Shown one piece after another: positions 26,803 to 34,960 of a stretch of DNA of 64,000 nucleotides (position 1 is its first letter; the number at the start of each line of letters is the position of its first letter). The position numbers and the translations under genes are program-made. The stretch lies in the IMG/VR virus record IMGVR_UViG_3300023174_002543, positions 248,001-312,000 of that record. One strand, 5' to 3'. The notes beneath the pieces were generated by a model, which saw only the letters and a program-made list of their open reading frames with translations, was not told where the DNA came from and ran no database searches.

Positions 26803-27465
26803 TTATGCAACTCCGGCTACTTTTTCTTTTGTTCTGCCGTAAGCTGCGATACCAAGTACTGCACCCATTGCGATATGGTATAATCCAGCACCTTGTAGTG
26901 TTAGTGGTTGCCATTGACTTGTAACTTGACCATGGCTTAATGCTTGCAATAATGACCATAATACTGGGAAGATAACAAAGTCACATGTACATGTTAACAT
27001 GTATACCCAACCCATCATTGGGCGCATTTTCTTGTTAATCCAATCTGTTGCATCTTTGTCTAACTTAACTGTAGATTCTGCACCTTCTTGCATCGCGCCG
27101 CCACCGCTCTTTAGTGACTCTGCTTGATTTTGTGTTATTTGTACTGTTCCTACTGCTGAAGGTCCTGCACTGACACTTGAACCTGTACTGGCTCCGAAGC
27201 CACTACTAGTTGTTGAAGCTGGACTACTACTGGTTGAACCGAATCCTCCTGTCGTAGTAGAGCCAAATGTTGAATTGCCGGCTGTTGTGTTGGTTGTTGC
27301 ATTTCCGAATCCTCCTCCGAATCCTGTTGATGTATTTGTCATAGTAGTTCCTTGTGGAAATTGTGATATTGTAGGATCACTCGCTAATGTTTCATGATGG
27401 TCGTCATTTGTTGTGATTGCATTATCTTGTGGTCCTGATTTTTTTGCTAATAACGTTGTTGCCAT
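26803..27465 (-). CDS. holin-like membrane protein (GTA 3TM-holin-like C-terminus) with low-complexity N-terminus
   Basis: WINKKMRPMMGWVY...FVIFPVLW...GLYHIAMGAVLGIAAYGRTKEK. Confidence 0.6.
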   Translation of the reverse strand: MATTLLAKKSGPQDNAITTNDDHHETLASDPTISQFPQGTTMTNTSTGFGGGFGNATTNTTAGNSTFGSTTTGGFGSTSSSPASTTSSGFGASTGSSVSAGPSAVGTVQITQNQAESLKSGGGAMQEGAESTVKLDKDATDWINKKMRPMMGWVYMLTCTCDFVIFPVLWSLLQALSHGQVTSQWQPLTLQGAGLYHIAMGAVLGIAAYGRTKEKVAGVA

Positions 27466-27467
27466 TT

Positions 27468-28004
27468 TTACAAACCTGCCTTTGATATAAAATCTTTTAA
27501 TATTGAATCGTGTACACCATATAGTTTCTTGGGTTCTGAACCTGATAATTCTCTCATTTCATTTAAACCTTCTTCTTTGGTTTCACGATATTCTTGCGGA
27601 CTTAATATCATCTGTGATTTAATTTGATTAACTTCGCAATCAAAGTTTTCATCATTGATAGTAACTGTCCAGTCTTTAGTTTTTAGACCAGTCAATGTTT
27701 CCAAGTCTTCTACTAATTCTACTATTTTTGCCGGGGTAGATGTTCTACGATTTATCTCTACAAACACTAGATATTTACCTGGACTTAATTCACCGTCACT
27801 AACTGCGGCATCAATGATCCAGTTATATCCACGTTCAAACCATTCAACTAAGTCTTTACTTGCTTGCTCACCTTTAATAGTGAATGCTACTGTAACAATC
27901 TCGTCATCTGTACCTGTCTTTGCACTATATTCATCAATAGAAATTTCAGGGATAACTTGATTTTCTAAATCCATATGGTCAAAACCTTCTAGTAATAAAT
28001 GCAT
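27468..28004 (-). CDS. hypothetical protein (possible virion protein)
   Basis: 178 aa; MHLLLEG leader; LNEMRELSG motif. Confidence 0.65.
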   Translation of the reverse strand: MHLLLEGFDHMDLENQVIPEISIDEYSAKTGTDDEIVTVAFTIKGEQASKDLVEWFERGYNWIIDAAVSDGELSPGKYLVFVEINRRTSTPAKIVELVEDLETLTGLKTKDWTVTINDENFDCEVNQIKSQMILSPQEYRETKEEGLNEMRELSGSEPKKLYGVHDSILKDFISKAGL

Positions 28005-28642
28005 TACATCATCCCTCCCATACCAGGCTGCGGGGGAGGAGCCATTCCTGGTGGGCCGCCCATTCCCATGTCAGGTGGCATTTGTTGGCCTTGACCCTGA
28101 GATTGATCTTCACCGCCCTCAGTATCTTCTTTTTGTAAGTCATCATCATATGCGCTATCTAACTCATCTAAGTCAATAGTCTGACCTGCTAAGTCAATAG
28201 AACCTTCACGTATGTCATCCATCAATTCTTTTGGCATTTCAATACGAACTAACCAAATTTCACGTTCTTCCATCTTTGGGTAGTGTGTTCCGGGCTTATA
28301 GTCACCGGGACTATCTATTTCCATTGGAACACTGATTTTTGTCTTTTTATATTTGATATTAACGCCCACTTGAAGTAGACGCTTAGACCCTCTAGGGTCA
28401 GGCATTAGTTTATATGGGTACATAAACATACATGCTACTGTATATCGTTTTACGTCAGGGCCGCTTACTAGTTCTCCTAGTTCCCAGTTCTTATACGCAT
28501 ATAAGTCAGCTTCGTCTAAAACACGCTCAAAGTCTAACAAAACGCTCATTGTACCGTCACTAGAATACAGGCCCTTAATGGTGTCGATTATGCTAGGATA
28601 ATCTATACTGTTAAAGAAGGTATCTGAAGGATTATTGCTCAT
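28004..28642 (-). CDS. hypothetical late protein
   Basis: 212 aa; GATAAATA 4 nt before ATG; acidic and Pro/Gly/Met-rich tail. Confidence 0.65.
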   Translation of the reverse strand: MSNNPSDTFFNSIDYPSIIDTIKGLYSSDGTMSVLLDFERVLDEADLYAYKNWELGELVSGPDVKRYTVACMFMYPYKLMPDPRGSKRLLQVGVNIKYKKTKISVPMEIDSPGDYKPGTHYPKMEEREIWLVRIEMPKELMDDIREGSIDLAGQTIDLDELDSAYDDDLQKEDTEGGEDQSQGQGQQMPPDMGMGGPPGMAPPPQPGMGGMM

Positions 28643-28810
28643 TGTGTATTTATCACTATTGCAATGATATAGAGCATTAAAGTTTTTCTGGGGTAAGCAT
28701 AATATTTATCATATAATTTTACACAAAAACTGTACTATTATAATTGGGTTATTAGGGTTTAAATACTATTTGAGTGATATGAGAACTCGGCTCTACAAAG
28801 GAGAATTACT

Positions 28811-29584
28811 TTGAGCAAACGAAAAACAGGCGCATTACGTAAACAAGAGGATACAAGATTCGCATATTCAAAAAAAGATACACAGACTTTTTACACGCAC
28901 GATTCAAACACTATAAACTTCAATCCTAGGGTAAAGCACAGTAATAAAAGTGTTCAACTCGTACCAAAATCAGTAAATCAAGAAAAATACATACTAGCAC
29001 TACTTGACGACAATACAGATATCGTAGTCGTGGGTGGGCCAGCCGGTACAGGTAAAACTTATCTTGCTATGTTAGCGGCTATCAAAGCCCTAAAAGCAGG
29101 TGAAGTTGACCGTATTATATTGACACGACCTGCAGTTGGGGTTGAAGATGAAAAGCACGGGTTTTTACCCGGCGACTTAAATCAAAAGATGGAACCGTGG
29201 ACTCGACCATTATTGGACGTGTTAAGAGAGTATTATAATACTAAAGAAATCGCACACATGCTAGAAGAACAAATAGTGGAAATAGCACCACTAGCATTCT
29301 GTCGTGGTAGAAACTTTAAACACAGTTACGTGGTATTAGATGAGGCACAAAATGCAACACCTGGGCAACTCAAAATGATTATGACCAGGATCGGTGTCGG
29401 CAGTAAGATTGTAATTACTGGTGACGTAGAACAAGCCGATAGAAAGACAGCCGACAATGGGCTAATGGACTTACAAAATCGATTGGGGAAGGGGGTGATT
29501 CCAGGGTTGCAATTGTGTAACTTTGAACTAAAAGATGTTCAAAGACACCGCATCATTGAGCATGTACTCCGACTTTATAAGTAA
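28811..29584 (+). CDS. phoH: PhoH-family ATPase
   Basis: GPAGTGKT, ILTRPAV, GFLPGDL..KMEPW, RGRNF, LDEAQN, GDVEQAD; TTG start with SD AAGGAG. Confidence 0.96.
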   Translation: MSKRKTGALRKQEDTRFAYSKKDTQTFYTHDSNTINFNPRVKHSNKSVQLVPKSVNQEKYILALLDDNTDIVVVGGPAGTGKTYLAMLAAIKALKAGEVDRIILTRPAVGVEDEKHGFLPGDLNQKMEPWTRPLLDVLREYYNTKEIAHMLEEQIVEIAPLAFCRGRNFKHSYVVLDEAQNATPGQLKMIMTRIGVGSKIVITGDVEQADRKTADNGLMDLQNRLGKGVIPGLQLCNFELKDVQRHRIIEHVLRLYK

Positions 29585-29604
29585 GCAGTACTAGTAAGAG
29601 CATA

Positions 29605-29627
29605 AAGAGGGGCTCATATCCCCTCTT
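29605..29627. terminator. hairpin between convergent genes
   Basis: AAGAGGGG-CTCATAT-CCCCTCTT. Confidence 0.6.
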
Positions 29628-29635
29628 ACCATTTG

Positions 29636-29890
29636 TTACTCAGAAGTATTATCTTTTTCTAAATCAGCAATCAAATCAGGATAGATTTGTTTGTAGTAGT
29701 CTACCATTTTATTCCAATCTTTGGGAATAGGTTTACCATTAACGTGTGCATTTTGCACCACCTTTTCTTTAAAATCTAAAATTATATTACATGTGGTAAT
29801 ATCACGTTCTTTTAAATTTTCAGAAACTTGCACTTGTTCATCAATCTGTTGATTGGGTTTTTTGATATAGGTAATTAGCATGTATCTCAT
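29636..29890 (-). CDS. hypothetical protein
   Basis: 84-aa ORF with SD AAGGA. Confidence 0.65.
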   Translation of the reverse strand: MRYMLITYIKKPNQQIDEQVQVSENLKERDITTCNIILDFKEKVVQNAHVNGKPIPKDWNKMVDYYKQIYPDLIADLEKDNTSE

Positions 29891-29900
29891 ATTTTATTCC

Positions 29901-30824
29901 TTATGCAGTAAGTTCAATTAGTGTTGCCGCTAAGTTAATTTCTGGGATACCCACTAAACTTAAATTCGCTAATCCATTACGAATTGTAATGATACTAGCA
30001 TCACGCTTGTCGCTACTATCTCCCCACAACTCTAAATTGTTATACATCCATTTGTATATATCTTCAATACGTCCAGGGTATAAACTTAGATGTTGTAATA
30101 GTTGTTGGCGACCCTCAATGATTTTACCTGCCTTGAATAATTGAGTAGCCGCAAGTAACAATTCATCTTCGCTATTGCCGATAGAAACCATTGGCAACAA
30201 CTTACCACTATTACTGTTGACTTGTAATTGATTTAAACATTTACGTAAGTCTGGATAACTTGCACCAACATAGGTATCTAATACATCTAAATCAAACTCA
30301 ATATCTTCTTTTACTAGTACTGTAGCCGCTCTTGCAGTAAACTCGTCTTTATCTGTTTTACTGATGTGAAATTCATGGCATCTGCTCTTAAGTGCAGGGA
30401 TAATTCTATGCTGATAGTTACAGGTTAGAATAAATCGTGCGGTCATGTGATATGATTCCATATCACTACGCAATGCTGCTTGACCTGCTGGAGTTAAATA
30501 ATCAGCCTCGTCTAATAGAACAACCTTGAATTTACCGAAAGGCATTGTTTGTACAAAACCTACAATCTTGTCACGAACCACATCAACACTATTCTCACGA
30601 CTTGCGTTGATTTCTAGTACATCATATTCTTCTACACCAAGTTCATTGATAAGAACTTTAGCAAGTGTAGTCTTACCTGTACCTGGGTCACCACTGAATA
30701 ATAGATGAGGAATACTCTCATCTTTAATCCAGCCTGCTACCTGTTCACGTTGACGTTCATCTGCAAACACATAGTCTTCTACGGATTGTGGTCTATATTG
30801 TTCTACCCAAAGTTGATTCTTCAT
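29901..30824 (-). CDS. gp44: clamp loader AAA+ subunit (gp44/RFC-small-like)
   Basis: WVEQYRP, GDPGTGKT, EINASRE, LLDEAD, ALKSRC, YPDLRK. Confidence 0.93.
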   Translation of the reverse strand: MKNQLWVEQYRPQSVEDYVFADERQREQVAGWIKDESIPHLLFSGDPGTGKTTLAKVLINELGVEEYDVLEINASRENSVDVVRDKIVGFVQTMPFGKFKVVLLDEADYLTPAGQAALRSDMESYHMTARFILTCNYQHRIIPALKSRCHEFHISKTDKDEFTARAATVLVKEDIEFDLDVLDTYVGASYPDLRKCLNQLQVNSNSGKLLPMVSIGNSEDELLLAATQLFKAGKIIEGRQQLLQHLSLYPGRIEDIYKWMYNNLELWGDSSDKRDASIITIRNGLANLSLVGIPEINLAATLIELTA

Positions 30825-31510
30825 TTACGGTCACCAAATAAATTTAAAAGATTTAAGAATATGTTAACAAAATCTAGGTACAATGTCAATGCCCCTACTA
30901 CCTCCTGTGTAGCCGAATTTTCATTCTCTACCATAAGCATTTCACGTATTTGTTGGGTATCATATGCAGTAAGGCCCAAAAAGATAATAATAGCCAACGC
31001 ACTAATAATTGTAGCCATAACACTTGATCCAATGAAGATATTAACAATACTGGCAATAAAGATAGCAATCAACCCAATAAACATAAACTGCCCTAGACTT
31101 TCGAGACTGCGTTTAGTGAAGTAACCATAAATACTCATAGTACCAAATAGTATTGCCGCACCCATAAATGCAGATACAATACTACCCATTGTAAACACGG
31201 CAAATATAGTAGCAAAACTTAATCCCATTAATGCTGCAAAACCATGTAACATTAATACTGCTGTTTGTTTAGGAGGATTGCTATTTAAAGCAACTGTAAT
31301 TAACATGATTGCCACTAGTGGTGAAAAGATTACGATCCACTTTGTTACACCTGTAAAAAAGAATTGAAGCAATTCTGGACTTGTACCAATAAAATAACTT
31401 ACAAGCATACTAGTAAGTACTGCTAATGACATATGTTTATACACATTTGCCATACTTGTATTGATTTCTTCCGCTGAGCGGTAACTATTGTAAACTGTTT
31501 CGTATATCAT
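30821..31510 (-). CDS. Bax inhibitor-1/YccA family membrane protein
   Basis: About 7 TM segments; AYDTQQI and GALTLYLDFVNIFLNLL signature. Confidence 0.92.
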   Translation of the reverse strand: MIYETVYNSYRSAEEINTSMANVYKHMSLAVLTSMLVSYFIGTSPELLQFFFTGVTKWIVIFSPLVAIMLITVALNSNPPKQTAVLMLHGFAALMGLSFATIFAVFTMGSIVSAFMGAAILFGTMSIYGYFTKRSLESLGQFMFIGLIAIFIASIVNIFIGSSVMATIISALAIIIFLGLTAYDTQQIREMLMVENENSATQEVVGALTLYLDFVNIFLNLLNLFGDRK

Positions 31511-31513
31511 ATT

Positions 31514-31804
31514 TTATTTCCTCAACATTTCATAAGTGATAATATGTGCAATACCTTGACCCAAGTCTTGGTCAGTTGGAATGATATGCAGTCTGTGTTC
31601 GTGCCTATCTGTTTTTTCATCATAAGAACTATATTCCATGATGTTGCCTCCTACTGCTTGATAGATTGTAAATCCCATACCACGACTTTCAAAACTTCTA
31701 CTAGTAGAAAGACCCACTCTATTAGCACGTTTCGGACTGACAACACAGTCATCCTGTTCAGTACTAAGTATCCAATTACGTAATTTATCTTTCAACCAAC
31801 TCAT
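31514..31804 (-). CDS. hypothetical protein
   Basis: 96-aa coupled ORF. Confidence 0.65.
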   Translation of the reverse strand: MSWLKDKLRNWILSTEQDDCVVSPKRANRVGLSTSRSFESRGMGFTIYQAVGGNIMEYSSYDEKTDRHEHRLHIIPTDQDLGQGIAHIITYEMLRK

Positions 31805-32172
31805 ACTTTATCCCCCATTGTTGTATCATTGACAGGTTCGTCACTAATTAATAGTATATCATTCTCGTCAACTCTACGCAATGTTTTTGGGCCCTCTTCG
31901 TCTTCAACTTCGATACCTCTTGTCCAACGACCATGACTGATACATAACCAACTACCAATTTTAATTTCATCATCGGTATATTCTGGACCAAGTGCATACA
32001 CCCTGCACCATCTTGGGCGAATGCCCGAACTTTTCATATCATCATTTGGAATAATAATTCCACCTCTGCTGATACGCTCATCAAAATGCATATCACTTAC
32101 AATGATATGTCTACCTAATGGTTTAAAGTTTTTCTTTTCAAACTTATGAGCATCAAATGCAAATTTTGTCAC
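31801..32172 (-). CDS. groES: GroES-like co-chaperonin
   Basis: FKPLGRHIIV...SRGGIIIP...VYALGP...RVDENDIL. Confidence 0.8.
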   Translation of the reverse strand: MTKFAFDAHKFEKKNFKPLGRHIIVSDMHFDERISRGGIIIPNDDMKSSGIRPRWCRVYALGPEYTDDEIKIGSWLCISHGRWTRGIEVEDEEGPKTLRRVDENDILLISDEPVNDTTMGDKV

Positions 32173-32504
32173 TTTATTTCCTCATCATCTTCGTCTTCAA
32201 ACAATTCTTGTTCTTCTGGTGTCAACTCTACCGGAGTATCATCAATTGTTAATCCTGGATCATGCAATTCATTATCCTGCAATGTGCTACTGGCTATTGT
32301 TGGTTTTAATCCCATATTATCATCTACTACGCTTTGATTATATGACGATTCAACTCGTTTGTTTGCATTTGTAATAATATTGTTATTACTATCTAGCAAA
32401 TCTCCCCTAGCATTAACTCTCATGTTACCGACTGCACGTACTTTTTCATTACGTGAAACCAATGCTGACATATTAATTTCTCTACCTAATGCGCTTCTTG
32501 CCAT
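32169..32504 (-). CDS. hypothetical protein
   Basis: 111 aa; AVGNMRVNARGDLL; SD AAGGAG. Confidence 0.65.
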   Translation of the reverse strand: MARSALGREINMSALVSRNEKVRAVGNMRVNARGDLLDSNNNIITNANKRVESSYNQSVVDDNMGLKPTIASSTLQDNELHDPGLTIDDTPVELTPEEQELFEDEDDEEIK

Positions 32505-32514
32505 GATTATCTCC

Positions 32515-33021
32515 TTATTTTAAAAATTCGTCTATTGACAAATCATAGTGAATACTATTTATTCTGTGGATACCTAACAAATACAGAACATAACTGCTAA
32601 CACTACTTCCCCTGCCAACTCCCCATACTATGTTATGTTTACGCATAGTATCAACCATATACTTACAATATCGCAATAATGGAAACATATCACGTTCTTG
32701 GAACTTAATTAGTTCTTCACCTACTCGTTGCAATTCATAATCTTCCTTGCACATATCAAGTGCATATTGTGCTATATCCATAATATAATAGTCATTTGGC
32801 ATATACCAGTTATTTTGACATTCAATGTCAAAATCCTCAACTGATATATCAGTTTCTTTATATACTATAATTTTGGGTTTTTGTTGTAGCTCCAGTATAT
32901 CATCAAAGTTGATTGGCTTTTCAACCAAACATTGTCTGATACATAGATCGGGATCGGTCATGTAGGCAACGAATAACTCGTCTTCTCCCAGTATTTGTCT
33001 ACCATACTTATCATTACGCAT
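32515..33021 (-). CDS. stand-alone fragment of DNA polymerase III alpha (DnaE)
   Basis: QRVGEEL...MVDTMRKHNIVWGVGRGSSVSSYVLYLLGIHRINSIHYDL..EFL matches the DnaE GxGRGS region but stops before PDIDxD; likely start 33021. Confidence 0.75.
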   Translation of the reverse strand: MRNDKYGRQILGEDELFVAYMTDPDLCIRQCLVEKPINFDDILELQQKPKIIVYKETDISVEDFDIECQNNWYMPNDYYIMDIAQYALDMCKEDYELQRVGEELIKFQERDMFPLLRYCKYMVDTMRKHNIVWGVGRGSSVSSYVLYLLGIHRINSIHYDLSIDEFLK

Positions 33022-33026
33022 AACGC

Positions 33027-33055
33027 ATGATAACACAAATAGATAGACAAATCAA
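33027..33055 (-). promoter_or_regulatory. sigma70-type promoter TTGATT-N17-TATCAT (extended -10), 5 nt before ATG
   Basis: -35 at 33055-33050, -10 at 33032-33027. Confidence 0.55.
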
Positions 33056-33058
33056 GTA

Positions 33059-33673
33059 TTATTTGCCCGTTTTGTTGTCAAAATTAACGTAAACTATCTC
33101 GTTGGCTATGTCTTGTATAATTGGTTCTTCTGTTTTATCCCAATTTAGAAATACATCTGACCATTCTACTAGTTTTGTTAACTTCAATATTTTTTTATTT
33201 TTAGGTGAATATTTGTAACTATTAATTTTGGTGTTGTTCTCATTCCACCAATCTTTGACAACAAACGGACCGATGTTGTCTTCAATATCTTGCATACAAC
33301 TTACACCATCACTCATGCGTGAACTGATACTAATATCGGTAATTACTAATCGTCCTTCGGCAATTGCATTGAGTTTGGTCATTAACATAATGCCCACTAT
33401 TTGGTCATATGGTTCTTCGGGTAGTACTGATACCTTCAAATTAGCTGACAAGTATCTTTCTATTGCATCTTCCTCTTTGTCATATACAAATATACTATTT
33501 TCTAAACATTCGGATAGATAGAACTTGATACGTTCTAATGCAATGGTTTGTTCTTTGATATTTTCAGTCTCTACATTGAAGTGTAGGTCGATATCATATA
33601 TATTAAGGTAAAATACTCCAGTAAAGTGTACTCCCATTTGTAAGTCAAAGCTACGTTGGATTCTTGCTGTCAT
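33059..33673 (-). CDS. hypothetical protein, possibly degenerate QueD/T-fold
   Basis: 204 aa; residue pattern reminiscent of QueD but lacking the His ligands. Confidence 0.5.
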   Translation of the reverse strand: MTARIQRSFDLQMGVHFTGVFYLNIYDIDLHFNVETENIKEQTIALERIKFYLSECLENSIFVYDKEEDAIERYLSANLKVSVLPEEPYDQIVGIMLMTKLNAIAEGRLVITDISISSRMSDGVSCMQDIEDNIGPFVVKDWWNENNTKINSYKYSPKNKKILKLTKLVEWSDVFLNWDKTEEPIIQDIANEIVYVNFDNKTGK

Positions 33674-33906
33674 TCTTTTTTATTTACGATTTGTATAGAA
33701 TTATTAAGATTGTATTTTTTATACATCTCGCTCATCCTCTTGTTATACTCTGCGTTATAACTGTCAATTACCATTAATAACTGTCCATACATTGATGTGT
33801 TATTCATTCTAGCTACAAATGATAACCGTTTGTTTAACTCAGCAATCTTTTCTTGTAAATCGTCCATTGACAATTTAGACAAGTCAGAGATGAAGGGATG
33901 TTCCAT
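33670..33906 (-). CDS. small coiled-coil protein
   Basis: 78 aa; ACTAAATA 5 nt before ATG. Confidence 0.65.
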   Translation of the reverse strand: MEHPFISDLSKLSMDDLQEKIAELNKRLSFVARMNNTSMYGQLLMVIDSYNAEYNKRMSEMYKKYNLNNSIQIVNKKE

Positions 33907-33914
33907 GCAAATAT

Positions 33915-34946
33915 TTAGTATATGCCGGGGGCTGGTACAAAAAAGTCATCGGGCGTCATGGCCCAAACAACATAGTATGGTAACTGACTCCATCTTGAAG
34001 ACCCATTACCCTTTTTAAATTTACCAGTATTAGTTTCTTTACCAAAAATACCGTTAGCTAATATAGTACTAGTGTCACTAGTCCATTGTGCTGCCGTCTT
34101 TTTATTGATATTATCGACATATGCTGGATAAGGATTGATACATAGATAAATTCTAGCACCATCCATACAGATAGCACCAGGCATATCACCTGGTTCGCCT
34201 ATACCGGTAGGGCTTCTAAAACTAATCTGTGTACTTTTATGACTTCTGTTTACGGGTACGATATCCATTGTTGTACCGCAATCTTCACTAGTAACCCTAA
34301 AATGTAATTCTTTTACTCCGGCAGGTATACCAATACTATTAGTGTGTGTTATTCCTACTCCGCCCGGGGCAAGGTCAGTATCAATAGTTATATATAATGG
34401 CTGATTAGTTGCAGCATTGAACGAACTATAATTCTCTATATCTCTAATCATTGGGTTCATGCCTTTAGCAACAACTCCTTGTGAATCATATGAAGAATTT
34501 TGAAAACTAATAGTTGTATTTGCTACATCAGTATCAGATTGAATTATCAAATGCAGGTCTACACCGTTCTTAGTTCCTGCAGGTGCCCAACCAGCAAAAA
34601 TCAAATCAGTTTTACCAGTAATAATACCCCTATGTACATCTGCTGCACTAACATCTATAATAACTGCGTCCGGTTGATTTGCTAATATGCCATAATCTTT
34701 TAATGTGGATCTGAAATTTCGTGTTGAGGCATAACTGATAACAGAATTACCCATATTATTATCCAATGAGGTTCCGTCTAACGCTGATTTAAGTACAACT
34801 TTGTCTTGCAAATCAGTTAATTCGACTCTAGCGGTAGTTAAATTATTTTTTATACTTGCAAAATTATCCCTAAATCCCTGACTGGAATTATTAACTCCGG
34901 GAATTGGAAAGGTTGCATCAATTGAATTTGTGTTTATATTGCTCAT
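33915..34946 (-). CDS. baseplate/fibre-associated virion protein
   Basis: NNSSQGFRDNFASIK N-terminus; C-terminal TAAQWTS..ILANGIFGKETNTGKFKKGNG..WSQLPY (Mtd-N/hyaluronidase-N-like motif). Confidence 0.65.
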   Translation of the reverse strand: MSNINTNSIDATFPIPGVNNSSQGFRDNFASIKNNLTTARVELTDLQDKVVLKSALDGTSLDNNMGNSVISYASTRNFRSTLKDYGILANQPDAVIIDVSAADVHRGIITGKTDLIFAGWAPAGTKNGVDLHLIIQSDTDVANTTISFQNSSYDSQGVVAKGMNPMIRDIENYSSFNAATNQPLYITIDTDLAPGGVGITHTNSIGIPAGVKELHFRVTSEDCGTTMDIVPVNRSHKSTQISFRSPTGIGEPGDMPGAICMDGARIYLCINPYPAYVDNINKKTAAQWTSDTSTILANGIFGKETNTGKFKKGNGSSRWSQLPYYVVWAMTPDDFFVPAPGIY

Positions 34947-34960
34947 ACTTTATTTATCCT

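Noticed and set aside
28677-28710. Tiny ORF MLTPEKL after a second GATAAATA
   Set aside because: Only 2 nt from the motif and 7 codons long; no support for translation.
33975-34100. Mtd-N-like motif suggesting a diversity-generating retroelement
   Set aside because: Only the generic N-terminal fibre motif is present; no reverse transcriptase and no TR/VR pair differing at adenines was seen.
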